DNA of 64,000 nt from positions 51,398,001 to 51,462,000 of the forward strand of contig NW_024704745.1 in NCBI RefSeq assembly GCF_018977255.1. The letters are read 5' to 3'. Source of the DNA: Callorhinchus milii (Eukaryota). Shown here piece by piece: positions 51,219-63,788 of this stretch. The position numbers and the translations under genes were made by a program. Numbering within the stretch: position 1 is the first letter of the stretch; each line of letters begins with the position of its first letter. A model generated the notes under the pieces. It was not told where the DNA came from and did not search any database. It saw only the letters and a list, made by a program, of their open reading frames with translations.

Positions 51219-51581
51219 GGAGTTGCGAGGCATAGTAGCGTGTTCGCCTTACAACAAGCTAGAGGACTTGGGTTCAATTCCTGAGCAGGGCGAAATGTTA
51301 GGCAAGTTTCCTTACTCTACCCGTCTCTGTTTACCTAGCAGTAAGTAGGAACGCGGTTGCTAGTCAAATGGCGGATTGCTTTCTCAGGGTATAATCCCTC
51401 CCCCCCTTGCCCCCCATGTGGTCACTCAATCCACAACTGTTTGTGGGCAATTGGCTGCCACGTTTCGCCCACTAACGCATAGTCAATTCACTTCACAATA
51501 TATTCTGTGCAGTGGTTTGAGACGTCTCGATTACATGATAAGCAGCTACATCAAATGCAAGGATTGTTATAATATTATTAT
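51219..51581 (+). mobile_element. SINE family A long variant, full length
   Basis: Diverged tRNA head (GGGTTCAATTCC), GGCAAGTTTCCTTACTC, an extra ~65-bp module, family A tail. Confidence 0.9.
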
Positions 51582-51729
51582 AAATAGAAGTAAAGTAAGC
51601 AAGCAAGGGTAAATAAAATGAAAACAACTAAGAAAAGAGAATAAGAGTGGTTGAAAAGGAAAGGTGAGAAAATAAATTAGAATTGTAGAATGTTTTTTCT
51701 TTTTGTTTCTCTTTAAATTTTCTTCCCCC

Positions 51730-52070
51730 TCCTCCTCCTCTCCTCAAGGCACTTATCTCCTTTTTCCTTCTGGAATACGGCTCCACAGGCATCATCTGGT
51801 GTCTTGCCTAAATGGCCATTATTAATTTGTAAGAGAGTTGACAGGGTGTCATCAGGTTAACATAGCAAGCCCAATCCTGTCCTGACCCAATTTCCACACA
51901 TACACACTTAATATTAGGTCCTGGATAGCATTCATAATTTTACCCTCTCTAATCAAGAGATACTGAGATCAACTGTCGTGCACAACTGTTGCCCAGCTCA
52001 CCCAGGCTAAGATCAGCTAATTCAGCACAGGCAAGGCTTTAGGTCGGCAACCTTTTAGCCTGTACTCACT
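51730..52070 (-). mobile_element. Family C SINE-like element
   Basis: AAATGGCCATT...AGCCCAATCCTGTCCTGACCC...GGCTAAGATCAGCTAATTCAGCACAG. Confidence 0.7.
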
Positions 52071-52621
52071 AGACCAAGCACTCCGACACTACCTTCGTGT
52101 TGGGTGCTATATAAATGCAAATGTTATTGATGTTTACCATCAGGGAACTTCTCCAATGTGTATTTTTTATATACAAAGATGGAAATAGGATATTCTTGCC
52201 CTTGTAAAATGGAACAAATAAAGCATTTTTAATTTGGTTATTGAAATAGGAAAAACCTTACAGGAGAACTGCTGTTTATGTCTGTGTATCAGAAGAAATT
52301 ATATGCGATTGAGATGCTGGTAGATAGATAGCTGCAGCTGAAGGTCATAAAAACACAAATATGAAAACCAATGTTTTGATTATAATATAACTGCTAAACT
52401 TGCCTATGGTAACAACTAGTCTTGAGTGTATAATGATATGCAATCCATTTGCAGTCACTTCTGTAACCTTGAAAAAAAACCTCATTCATTCCAAGCTCTC
52501 AAAAGTCAATATTTGTGTTTTTTGGGGAAGCAGAATGCATAATGTGACTGGCAGAAGCGTAATTATGTGTTCAAAAATGATCTTCACTATTACTTGCTTA
52601 CTGAAATCAGCCCCACAGCAG

Positions 52622-53015
52622 TAATAATAATCCTTGCATTTGACATTGCACTTATCATGTTGAAATATCTCAAAGTGCGTCACTAGCAACAATTGCTGCC
52701 AAGTGAAGTGACTGTATTTGCGGCCAAACGTGATAGCAAATTTGCACACAGCAAGTCCCAAGTCCCAAACAGTGAAGTGAAATACCACTTTATCTGGAGC
52801 ACTGTTGGGTAGGCCACCAAGGCAAACTCTCTACTCTATTTGAATAATGTGATGGGATCTTTGATCTGAACAGGTAGACAGGAGCTTGGTTTGATTTTTC
52901 AACCAATTGACAATACAACATTCATCCATACCCTTCAGTCTAGTGTCATCTTAAGACTACAAGTTCGAAGTCCCACCTTGGGGCTTCAACCCACAAATTT
53001 CTGGCCATAGGTGCA
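52622..53015 (-). mobile_element. Deu-domain SINE with family-A-type tail
   Basis: TAATAATAATCCTTGCATTTGA tail; TTTGAATAATGTGATGGGATCTTT...CTGAACAGGTAGACAGG core; AACCCACAA head remnant. Confidence 0.8.
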
Positions 53016-53164
53016 AATGCTCCAAGACTTTACTCAAAGTGAAGAGCACTATATAAATGCAAGTAATTGGTGTGACTGTTGAAGTGTATTAGCTGAACTA
53101 GCTGACTTAAGACACAAAACGTATTGATATTGTATTTTCATAGTCTCATAATTATCACAGAATT

Positions 53165-53360
53165 GTCACAAGATCTTTAACATCCACTTGAAGAACAGGT
53201 ATCTGAATCCTTGGTTTAAGGTCTTGTCTAAAAATTGGCACCTCCCACAAAGGAGTTCTCACTCAATGGAGTACGAGCCGAGACTATGAGCTAAAATCCC
53301 GACATGGAGCTTGAACCCAACACCTCTAACCTAGAAGCAAAAGTGCATTCAAGCTAACTA
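53165..53360 (-). mobile_element. Deu-SINE 5' fragment
   Basis: AGATCTTTAACATCCACTTGAA...TTGGTTTAAGGTCTTGTCTAAAAATTGGCACCTCC...CTTGAACCCAAC. Confidence 0.7.
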
Positions 53361-53919
53361 TACAAAACTCCTTATACAGATTTTCCAACATATTTTAACA
53401 TTATATCCTGCTATCCATTGAGTACAAGCTGCCATCCCCCAAAAAATGTTTTATCATTCCTCACTGGACATTTTATGATGTATAATATTCATGTCATATT
53501 CCTTGTGTCTGTCCCCATCAGCCTACATTTTCTGTAGTGATATCTTGGGAAACATTTCAAGAACCTCTGGTGGGCAGTTCTCTAACACTGTGCTTAGGAT
53601 CAGGCATTAAACATGTGTGAAAATGACCATGTATCAGCTGTTAGCTTAACACTTTATGGCACAACATGTTAATGGACCAACACAGTGCATCAATAGTGAC
53701 CCCAAATGAATATCTTACTGCTGTATCTCCAAATGGGTACATTAATATAATCCAAGGCTAGATTCTGAAATATGTTTGGCTGAAATAGATGGTACTATTT
53801 TCTGATGAAGAACTCTGCAGCCTCTAAAATTACAACTTATCTATATAGCAGTTTTCACATTGGGAAGATGTCTAAAACACTACCTCCAATCTCTTGTCTT
53901 ATACCCCCCCCCCCCGTTC

Positions 53920-54195
53920 ACTTCCACTGCTCTGATAACTCTAGCATGTCTCATGCCTCCCCATCTGCTGCACTTCATCCCACAATCCGTGGGCCAGCTT
54001 TGCCCTGCCCTCTGGCACACTCTTCCAAAATTCTTCCACATCACCCCACCCACTCTTCTTTCAAAGACTTGGCTTTCAACAAGCTGGCCCCACCACCCCC
54101 ATCTCCCACTCAGCTCGCACTCCCAGTCTGTCTGTAAAGTGTATTGAGACGTTCTCTCCATGCAAAAGATGCTATATAAGTGCAAATTACTGTTG
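53920..54195 (+). mobile_element. L2 3' end fragment
   Basis: CCCACAATCCGTGGGCCAGCTTT...CTCTGGCACACTCTTCC; tail GTAAAGTGTATTGAGACG...GCTATATAAGTGCAA. Confidence 0.7.
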
Positions 54196-56764
54196 AAGAA
54201 AACTATATTCAGTAACTATTATACATACCATTCCAGGCACACGGTTTGTGTGTCCGGGTGATTGATGCTGTACATCTTGTGTCACCATGATGTCACCTTT
54301 TAATCTGCATCAGCACGAGATATGCTTTATAACTGTGTTACACTGCCATCACTGAGCAGTTTGTCGTTGCTTGGAACACTAGTTGGCAAACTTATTGTCA
54401 CAACATTAGCGGTGCTGTTTTATAGATCTGTTCCTTCTATACTTTACCTCCCGAAGGAAGCGAGCAAGTCAACTGGGGCTGTGATTTTCAGTGTGGTTAA
54501 ACTGCTGCACCGGTCAGCGTTATAACTGGGGCAAAGTGTTACAGAATTGTCACATGGGGTGCTTTCTTGGTTCAGTGAGGTGGTGGGAAGCTTTCCCGCA
54601 AGTCACGACAGGGAAAGACGCGATGTCTTTAGAATCCTGAGCACCGACAACACTACTAAAAGGCTTTTCTTTCCCTTTTGCAAAGGTTACATGGGCCAAC
54701 TCAATCCCCTCGGACTTCCGCTTCCGCGACTATAGCCTACTACAGCCCCCTGTGAGCACGGTGGCTGTGCTCTGACATTATCCCACTCCACAGCAGTTGC
54801 TGTTGAACCCAGCACCACCTCGCCTCACCCTGCAGCATCTCTGCTGATGATGGTTGTTGGTGGTGGGGGATGGGGGATGGGAGGGGGGTTGGAGGGGGAG
54901 GGGGGGCAGAATCCTTCTCCTTTGTGCAGTGTGAGCTGTGAAACATGTCCTTTTCCTTTGCACGAAGGAATCAAGATCCCAATCTTTCTGCTTTGATGAA
55001 AACGTAACCTGCAGGGTGCTGCAGCACGGAGAGAGCTCGATGTCTCAAATGCTTTTGAGACGCTTCAACCCGATTGCATAAGCGGGCTAGTGAGAAACAC
55101 GTCCCAGCGCACCCCCCCCCCCACCCCCCCACACACACACACACCGCACCGCAAAACAGCTCGTGTTCAGAGAACACGGAGTTGTTGAGAAATGAAGCGG
55201 ACTGCAAATTGTCAAAGCGCAACGTTTTTAAAAAGATTGATATATGGAAATAATGTTAGGTGGTAGTCATTGATTCCCCCCCCCCCCCCCCACACCACAC
55301 ACACACATTTGGCGTGTGTATGTGTCAGTATCTTCCAATTGTATGAGCTGAGGGGAGCTCCTAAACCTTGCAGGGACGATTAATGATCTGGATTATAAAC
55401 TAGCCTGGAAGTGCCTGTTTAATATTCCCCAGAATGGCGCGCCAGCTTGGAAAGTATCCAGAAATCCAAACACCCTGTCGGGTTCGATGATCGAGGATTT
55501 CACCCATCTCCCACCTATCGATAAATAACTACAATTTGTGTATCACTCCGGCAGTAGTGTGTGCCCGAGTGGAACTCATCACACAAGACTGTATTGTCTT
55601 GTACTGCATTCCTGCAAGGAAATCCTTAGCTTGGTGTCGCGTCCTTATTTAAAATACTGTAATTGAATTGCCTGGAAGTTGGAACACGGTATAATCAAAC
55701 CACTTTTTCCGCTTCGATCAATCATTTCGCTGTTCAATTCCTTCAAATAATGGAAACGCCAGATTGTTGTGTGTAATTCTGCACCCACCACAAGCAGTTT
55801 GTGTGTGTGTGTGTGTTATATCCCGTGCAGGATTGGTGATACGCGGACTTCATTGGTTTCCATTTTACTGTCCTTTCAAAATGCAAAAAGGCGTAGTGTA
55901 AAATAAAAAATTCTCGCTCTGCCCTCGCGATTTCCCGTGACAGGGAATGAATATTGTGTAAAACAGGCAGAACCTCCGAGCAGCCACGCCAATAAGAGGT
56001 TAAAGATGTGTCCAGCCAGCAGGCACTCATCGCGTGACACGTAAGCAGAGAGGAGACTTCCTCAAAAACGTTGCCCTTAAAGTGTTCAAACTTCTACATA
56101 CATATGTTTATATCGCTGGTGTCTTGGTTGGCAACATACCGCACATTATGCACGCCATTTGCATAACGCCAGCTTCGTTATAGACTCAGTAATGGAACAC
56201 ATTCTGCACCTCAGCTTGTAAAGTTAAACATGACGATCAGCGGATACTATGTGTGAATGTCTCAAAATAGGTTATACTCACACACATATCACCCCCTACG
56301 CGCACACAACAATTCTAGACCTGCCTCCACACACATAGTTTCGTTAACTCAGACCTCGACACACAGCTCAGCCACCCACATCAAGTCTTCCAGCCCAGTT
56401 ATATGCACTCCTGACACTGATCCCTCGCCAATTCTATGAACTCCCACCTTGTTTAAACCCCCTCACCTCTCTTGTCCCCTGAAGACACTGTTACATCCCT
56501 GCAGAAAAGTGCTTTGCAACGCTCAATACAAAGACTGGTGCTGGTCCTTGATAACCTTATGGTCCGCTCGGACCCGACAGACTCATTTACTAATGGCCTG
56601 TCACATTTTAAGAAACTGACCCAGTTCCTGGTATCAAAAAGGTTTGAGAATCACCATTGCAGATAACCTTCAACAGCTCACCCAAGTGGCTATTCTTCAA
56701 ATAATGAGTCTGCACTAGGAATGGGCAAATTATTACACATGTGGGAGAATAATAATACTATTCA

Positions 56765-56903
56765 CAATCCTTGAATTTGACTTAGCACCTCATATTGTGG
56801 AGAGGTCTCAAAAATACTTCATGAGATATACTATAAAGTGGATTGTCTGTAACAATCCCTGCACTGATATCGCGCCTTATTCACATCTTCGAGCGCTTCG
56901 CAA
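56765..56903 (-). mobile_element. Two tandem SINE tail fragments
   Basis: CAATCCTTGAATTTGA...ATATACTATAAAGTGGATTGTCTGT, followed directly by a second tail AACAATCCCTGCACTGATATCGCGCCTTAT. Confidence 0.65.
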
Positions 56904-57261
56904 CTGCTAACACTCCGACTTGGAACCGGAGTCTTTTGCTTTGAGTTCAAATTTCCTGTCCTCCCACTGAGAGATTTCAATCTGCTATTGAGGCTACTCT
57001 GTGCTGTTCGGTGCACTTATTTTTGCAATGCTCGAGGGCAATGGTGGGCAATCCATGGCCCGCACGCGGCCCACCGAACCTTTATGGTATAAATCAAGAG
57101 ATATTCAATTAAAAAAAAATAACGTTGTTGGCCGACCAAAAAGGTTGGCAACCTCGGCTCCAGGCACTCCGACTTTAACCGTTTAAAATTCATATGCAAA
57201 TCGTTCCAGGTGGCACAGGGCGCTAAATTGTATACACGTACATTGCAGCTCTATACTACAC

Positions 57262-57510
57262 CGACCAGAATGTTGCTGGTTCAAACCAATCTCAGTTTGT
57301 AGGGAAGCTGATCTCAGTCAGGGCTGCAGGAGGGATGCTATGATTTGCGTCAGCAATTCCTGGGTTAAAGAGGCCAAAATTCAGCCAGAATACCCACTCC
57401 AAATTATCACCCAGAGCCCCCTGCTGGAAGTACATGTGTACGAATGTTGAATCAGGGCAGGATTGACCTCAGATGTGATGTCCCCATAGACAAATAGCCT
57501 GTTCAGATGA
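57262..57510 (+). mobile_element. Family C SINE-like element
   Basis: GGTTCAAACC B-box-like site, AGCTGATCTCAG...AATTCAGCCAGAA...CCCCTGCTGGAAG...GGGCAGGATTG...AATAGCCTG. Confidence 0.7.
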
Positions 57511-58191
57511 GGTGTTTGAAAGATACAGTACAGGAGGTTTAAAAGGAACAGAAGACCTTGCAGCCTCACGACATCTTTGTTTTGTTGTGTGCATTTTCTG
57601 TTCTGGAGGCTGATGATCAATGCACTCCATACTCTCTAATCTATCACTAAGTGGGCACCTGCCCATGAAGTTACTGCTACCCATTCCATCATAGTAACTA
57701 ACCACCTTTTTCTTTGCTTCCCTCTTGATCTATTGCCTTGAACTTTTCCAGACAGTAACAACTCTAACAACCTTTCCTGTGACTCTTGAATTATTTCATT
57801 GTGTCATTTTTCTCATCATAATCAGCCTCATGACTTCTCTCTTTTTGTGGCCACGGAAGGAACCACTCATGAATCATTCTTCATGTCCAAATAATTTCAA
57901 TACAGATCTCTAGCATGACAACTCAAACACCTTCAATCTTCTAAATTCATTAATTCAAGGTCCAATTTTGAACATCTGAACAATACTGTGGTTCACACAT
58001 AACACTTGAGCATTTTGCTTCCTATTGTCAATGTGACTATAAGGGTTGCACCGAAACATCGTATCGTTAAATTCTAATTTTACAATTTCACTTTTCCATT
58101 GCTTCAGATGTCTGATATTATTAGACTATGCAATTAAACAACTGTCTTCATTTGCTGTATTTCCGTAGCTCTAGACTCAGCCATCAATGAT

Positions 58192-58620
58192 AACAATAAT
58201 AATACTTACATTTGAAATAATGCCTTATCACGGTCATTGAGATGTCTCAAACTGCTTCATAGGATATACTGTAAAGTGGATTGTCTGTGTATTTTGCGTT
58301 GGAGAAAAGAATGTAGGGAGCAAACATCAGATCAGAATGGAAGAGCAGAGTGCATTGCTTGGGAAGTAGGGCTGGATAAGATTGCAGAGTTAGGTTGGAT
58401 CGAGACAATGGAGATATTTGAAGATCATGCCAAGAATATTAATCTCAATTCCCTGCCATACAGGAAGTAATAGGTGCTCAGAGGCTTGTATGGGGGAAAA
58501 ATCGGACTGCAGAGTTCTGGATCTGCTGAAGCTTCTGGAGAGAAGAGTTAGCGAGGCCAAGTATGAAAGCATTGATTAAAATATATTCACAAAATGTGGA
58601 AGGTATGATAGAGTAGGGAT
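58192..58620 (-). mobile_element. SINE A tail (58192-58295) joined to a decayed L2 fragment
   Basis: GGATATACTGTAAAGTGGATTGTCTGT tail; then GCAGAGTTCTGGATCTGCTGAAGCTT (reverse of KLQQIQNSA). Confidence 0.65.
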
Positions 58621-58899
58621 TGGACAGCAATAGGGGGGTCATTATAAATCTTGGAATGCCACATTCTTATGAGTATGGCAGTGCCATACCGTAACGACGT
58701 TAAACAGCAAGATAGCTTCCCCTTTGGTTGCTGTTCAGCGTCATCTGGTCAAAATGGGTTAAAAAGTTAGAGCTCCACCCCCAAATAAAAACATCCTTTC
58801 CTTGTGGACAAAGGAAGGTCTTCAGATTTTAATCCTATAGGTTCCCTGGAGGTTGCCCATCCCCGTGAAGTTATTGCATGGTAGTAAACGTTTTGTTTA

Positions 58900-59230
58900 G
58901 GACTGCAAACTGCCTGACCCATCATAACCACTCTTCGTTTAAACATCAGCACTAACACAATCATCACAATCATCCATCCTCCTTCAGCCATAACCCTTTG
59001 CTCGCTTGACTCTGGCCTACTTTCTCGTCCCCCTCTCAATTCGCCCCACCATCAGTAGGCGGACTTCCAGCCAATTGGTGTTGGCTCTCTGGAACTCCAT
59101 TCCCAGATCCCTCTGGCCTGCTCCCTCCCCTTTCTCAAGATTACTATGTGTGCTTTCGGTAATCTTTTCACCGCCTCAGATCAGGTGCCCAGACAGAATT
59201 GTCAAGCACTTAGGATGATATCCTACCAAC
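58900..59230 (+). mobile_element. L2 3' fragment
   Basis: TGACTCTGGCCTAC...CCCCACCATCAGTAGGCGGACTTCCAGCC...CTCTGGAACTCCATTCCC. Confidence 0.7.
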
Positions 59231-61399
59231 TGAAATATTCGTATCAATTATTCGTGTCAATTATATTGTATCCAACAAGCACCAACACAGACACCAGCAT
59301 CAATATCGTTCTCATCCCCCCCAAACAGGGGTCACGTCATGTTTTAAAATCTGTATTTATGAAATCAAACCGAACCAGGCAACATATGTTGCTACAATAT
59401 TCGTCGATTCTGGAAAACCTACCCAGTGGGTTTGTTTAACACGGCTGGCGTTAGAGGTACATGGACTGCATGTGATCATAAACTAATACAGCCATTCATC
59501 GGGGTAAAGTTAGGGTATTCACATTGCTGCCATTTGTGCGATGTAAGCAGGTAATTGCAGTTCATCTGAATTCTTAACAGCGTTTATGCCCAACGTCCAA
59601 ACAGAATATAATGCGCTGGGCGTGTGCTCACACCACCATCTCTCTTCCACACATCACAACTTAAGAGATTCTCTTGGAAGGTGATGAAAACTATTTGCAA
59701 ACGGGAAGAGGAAGGGAGTTAGCGACAAAATGCGCCTTTTTTTTCTTAGAGACAAAAGACCCCGCAGCATGCCAGTTCTTCAATTGTTACTATATTTGAA
59801 AATGAACAAAGTATTTTATCGTGATCGTTGTGTCACGGCTTAAAGTTGGAATAAAAGTGACGAGTCCGGAGTGCAGAGAAAACACAGCAAAGTGACAGCC
59901 ACAACGCGATACCCTAACTGACCTTGGTGGGCTTCGTAATTGAGCAAATCCGTACATTTTCAGATTTGTATTGATTAATTCCCACATGTCGGGGAATGTT
60001 GCATACTAATTGAGGCTTGTTTTGAGCTGTAGCTGGCTGTCCGTTGGGCTTTATTTGTAATGCTTGAGATCGTATCACATCGTCTCTAGGCACTGTCTAT
60101 ACAGCGCGACCAAACTCTAAAGTCCTGCTTAACACCAGATAAAGATCAATCCAGCTACCCAACACCCTTCTGTCACAAGACAGAGACATGCTTCCTGCTG
60201 ATTATAAACCCAAGCTGCCTTTTATGACCTGTGATAAATCTACAGAGCACGCTTCATTAAAATACAGTGAAGCGTGTGGTTCCCATCAATGTCTGTTGCA
60301 CTAACTGGAGTAAACGGTTAAGTAGTTCACAGTTATGCAACACTATTAGGTCTTTCCATTTCAAACATTTGCAATGGAACACGACACCGCAGAATTTGCG
60401 TGGTTGTACATCTTTTACGTAGGATCAGCGCCCCTCTACACAGCCACTGCCATCGCAAAACCTCTTCAAAAGAGCATATCGGTGGAACAATCAGTAGTAC
60501 TGTTGAGAGTTCATTTAACGATGCGCCTTCCCCTCCCCCAGCAGTGTCTCTTCAAACTGGTCTGACCGCGTCAAGATGCGGAGGTGTGAAACTCCCCCCA
60601 CCCCCCACAAACTGCACTAAATAGATAATCTCTTCTTTACTTTAGGATAAATTATCTTGCAGTTAAATGCATCTGTATCCGCAGAACACCACCAAAGACT
60701 ATCACCAAACCAAACAGCATGGAGCACTGGTAAACGTAACCAAGCGGGTTGGCCGTTGCAAAATGTTGCGGCGCTGCGCTCGTTGTGTTAAAACGATGAT
60801 AAACTGCACGCGATAACACACCGAGAGATATTTTTTTTGTGACAATAAAGTATAATGGAGCCGGCGGAAATGGGACCGAAAACCTGCGGGAAAATAAACA
60901 TTGGACGCGATTGTCATACAGTGCGCTGTTCTCATTGCAGACGTTGTAACTCGAGATCACTTGGATGTGAGCCGCAAACTCGGGCATTTTACAACAAAAG
61001 AGGCGACGAAGGACTGACCACAAGACTACAAGCTGAGCTGACTGCCCGGCCGAGCATGCGTGCAATGAGCATTACATGCTGCTGTGGGAAGACACTGACC
61101 TACGCTGAAGTCTGAACGCACTTAATTGCCCGCTGCACACGAATGTACTTAATACATCAGTGCAAAGATAATTCTCCAGGGCTAAGAGAGCCCAAGGTCT
61201 GTTTCAATGAAACACGCAGCGTGCAGCTGATACGGTTGCACGGTTTTGCCGTCCTATCATTTTGAAAACACATGACTGCATCCTGCAACTTCGGTCACGT
61301 TACCACGAAAATATAACGCTCTGAAGTGAGGGAATTCAACTGCAGAATACAAACCCAGGCAGCATCGGCACTCGCAACGTGTCACACCGTCTTCCTTAC

Positions 61400-61444
61400 C
61401 TCGGGACATTTCAAAACCTGTTTGCCCGGTGACCACGATCGGAC
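61400..61444 (-). other. Exon-like 45-nt segment, probably non-coding
   Basis: Acceptor AACCTTTCAG|G and donor GAG|GTAAGG; a strong donor CAG|GTAAGT lies 276 nt upstream at 61721. Confidence 0.25.
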
Positions 61445-62827
61445 CTGAAAGGTTACACGGTGGCGTCTTTCATCACAAGGGCTCGTCCTGTTCAACGTGT
61501 GGCTAAATAGATCTGAGCGAATCTGAAGCCCCAGTTACTCATGTTTGGTACTCAGTGTGCTATAGATCATACTGTGGCCGGGTCATGCCTGGAGGGAACA
61601 GCTGAAGTACGTGATACGCATTCAAGTTTTCCTGAATGAACGACTCCTTTGGGAGGCAGCTGACCCTGCAGTGGGAAATCAGAGATTACTTTACAGCAGC
61701 AAGAATTCCTTTAAACTTACCTGCTTCCTGTTCTCTCTCTCTCACACACACACACATATATATATATATATGTGTGTGTGTGCACACAGATTAAAAACTA
61801 AATCTACTTCCCAAAATGGCTGCATTCACGATCCCTGTGATCGAGTTTTTTTTNAATCCTCCAAACCTTTCGCGAGATCCATAATGGCATTTGGCAGATG
61901 TAACTCCAACCTTGAAGAGTGTACATTAAATGAGATATAATGAATTGTCTGCGGTTCTGCCGTCACGAGAGGCTCTTCTAATCTGCGATTTCACATGTTA
62001 TGGTCCGCATCTCCCGACTCGCAGGTCAGACTTCATCAAACGTCTTGTCGTGCGATCCTCACAACCTCAGTAATTACCACGTCATTTGCTTAATCTTCTG
62101 CAGTACGTGGAAGTCACTGTACTCCCTCCACACGGCTCTCCGTTTCACTTACAAAAGATACAAAAGGTGCCTAACGTCTAGTAAACTGCCAGGCAGTGCA
62201 TAAAAAGGTATAGCGTGAGACCCATTAAGCCTTCCTAAGGGCTGCCTTCTTTCCAACCTGGCAGATTGTGTTGCAGAATGGGTTCCGCCGAGGGATGGTT
62301 TGGCAGCGCATACACATTCATAATGCTCTCTCTCTCTCTCGAGTGTGAGTTGTCTGTTCCAGCGAAGCAATAACCATCCTCCTTCCATCTAAATAGTGAG
62401 CACGTGTTGATGGCTGATTTACTGCAGTTTGTACATGCGCTGCTTTACCAAATGACACAATGTACCCTCGAGATTGTTGGTTGTGAGTTAGTTCTATTGT
62501 ACGTGTACAACGTCTTGTGCAGAGCTGACTTCAGTAAAGATTATTATTGTCGGTTTGTTTGTCCAGATGGCGCATGTGGTTTTCGTTATGTGCACTGTGG
62601 TATCCACTTAAAATTAGCACCAAGACCAAATCCCGTTTAAGGCAAACATTTTCCAGGAATATGACCTTGTCGTTCAAGGAAATGTTTAAATATCAAATTC
62701 TTTGCTCTATTTCCATAGGACGATATCATGACAATAAAATCAGGATATGAATGGGATCTGCATCACTTCAAACCTGAATTTTAAACAGACTCATGGGCAA
62801 AGCAAAAATTGGTGAATCTAGGGTATA

Positions 62828-63136
62828 TAATAATAATAATCCTTGCATTTGATATAGCACTTTTCACGTCTTCTAGTCTAGTCAAAGCGCTTCACAGAAT
62901 ATACTGTAAAGTGAATTGACTATATTTGTGTGTGAAAGGCTGCAGCCAATTGTACACAGCAGTGTCCCACAAACAGTTGTGGATTGAAGTGACCAATTTT
63001 ATTATTTTTTTTCCTTGAGGGATTATTATCAGGTGTGTGGAGTAAGGAAACTTGCCCTAGGTTTCACCCTGCCGGGAATCAAACCCAGATCTCTCGCTTC
63101 AAGGCAAGTGCTCTAACCACTGAGCTACAGGACTCC
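62828..63136 (-). mobile_element. SINE family A, full length
   Basis: Reverse complement of 32489-32817, from the (TAA)n tail to GAGCTACAGGACTCC. Confidence 0.95.
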
Positions 63137-63189
63137 TGTAAGAATATATATATACACAGTATATATAATATATACTGTATCTATGTATA

Positions 63190-63505
63190 TTTCTTGCACT
63201 TAATATAGCGCTTTATCAAGTCTTCAAGATGTCTCAAAGCGTACAGAATAACAGGGTAGGATATGAACAGACAAAATGAAGCAGAGGGTAATTATTAATG
63301 TGCATTACTTAAGCTCCAGACAAAAGCTGACTATTATTTTCACTAAAGATCAGCTCTTAAACCTTTCAATTATAAAATTAATCAATCCTTGCATTTGATA
63401 TGGCACCTTTCACATCATAAGGAGATCTCAAAGTGTTTTGCAGCATTTTCTGGAATGTGTAGTGACCGAGTAACTATGGCGAAAGCGGCAGCCCATTTGC
63501 ACACA
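63190..63505 (-). mobile_element. Two further SINE tail fragments (63190-63250 and 63383-63505)
   Basis: CTTGCACTTAATATAGCGCTTTATCA and AATCCTTGCATTTGATATGGCACCTTTCAC. Confidence 0.75.
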
Positions 63506-63788
63506 TTTTTACTGTTGTGTTTTCCTGCACACTCCTGATAGGGAGTATACATGATGAGCAAAGACTATTCTCCTTGAAAAGGGGGTCTCCTTGGGGTTGG
63601 AGCTGGCTCCAAGCTGATATGTTTGGCAATGGAATGTCGGAATCAAATCAACCCTCTATGGTGGCCTCAGCAGTCAGGTCCTGAGACAGGCAAGTACTCA
63701 GTGCTTCAAAGCACTGCTGATGACAGACTGCTAGCCAGGATGATCGCAGGACTTGGAAAGTCTGGCTTAGCTTCCTAATTCCCCACTT

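Noticed and set aside
58035-58115. Possible Penelope/hammerhead-like remnant (TGA...AAGGG...CCGAAAC)
   Set aside because: The CTGATGA catalytic core is absent and the sequence is too degenerate to support the call.
60248-60276. 9-bp perfect inverted repeat CACGCTTCA...TGAAGCGTG
   Set aside because: A short stem of this size is expected occasionally by chance and has no supporting context.
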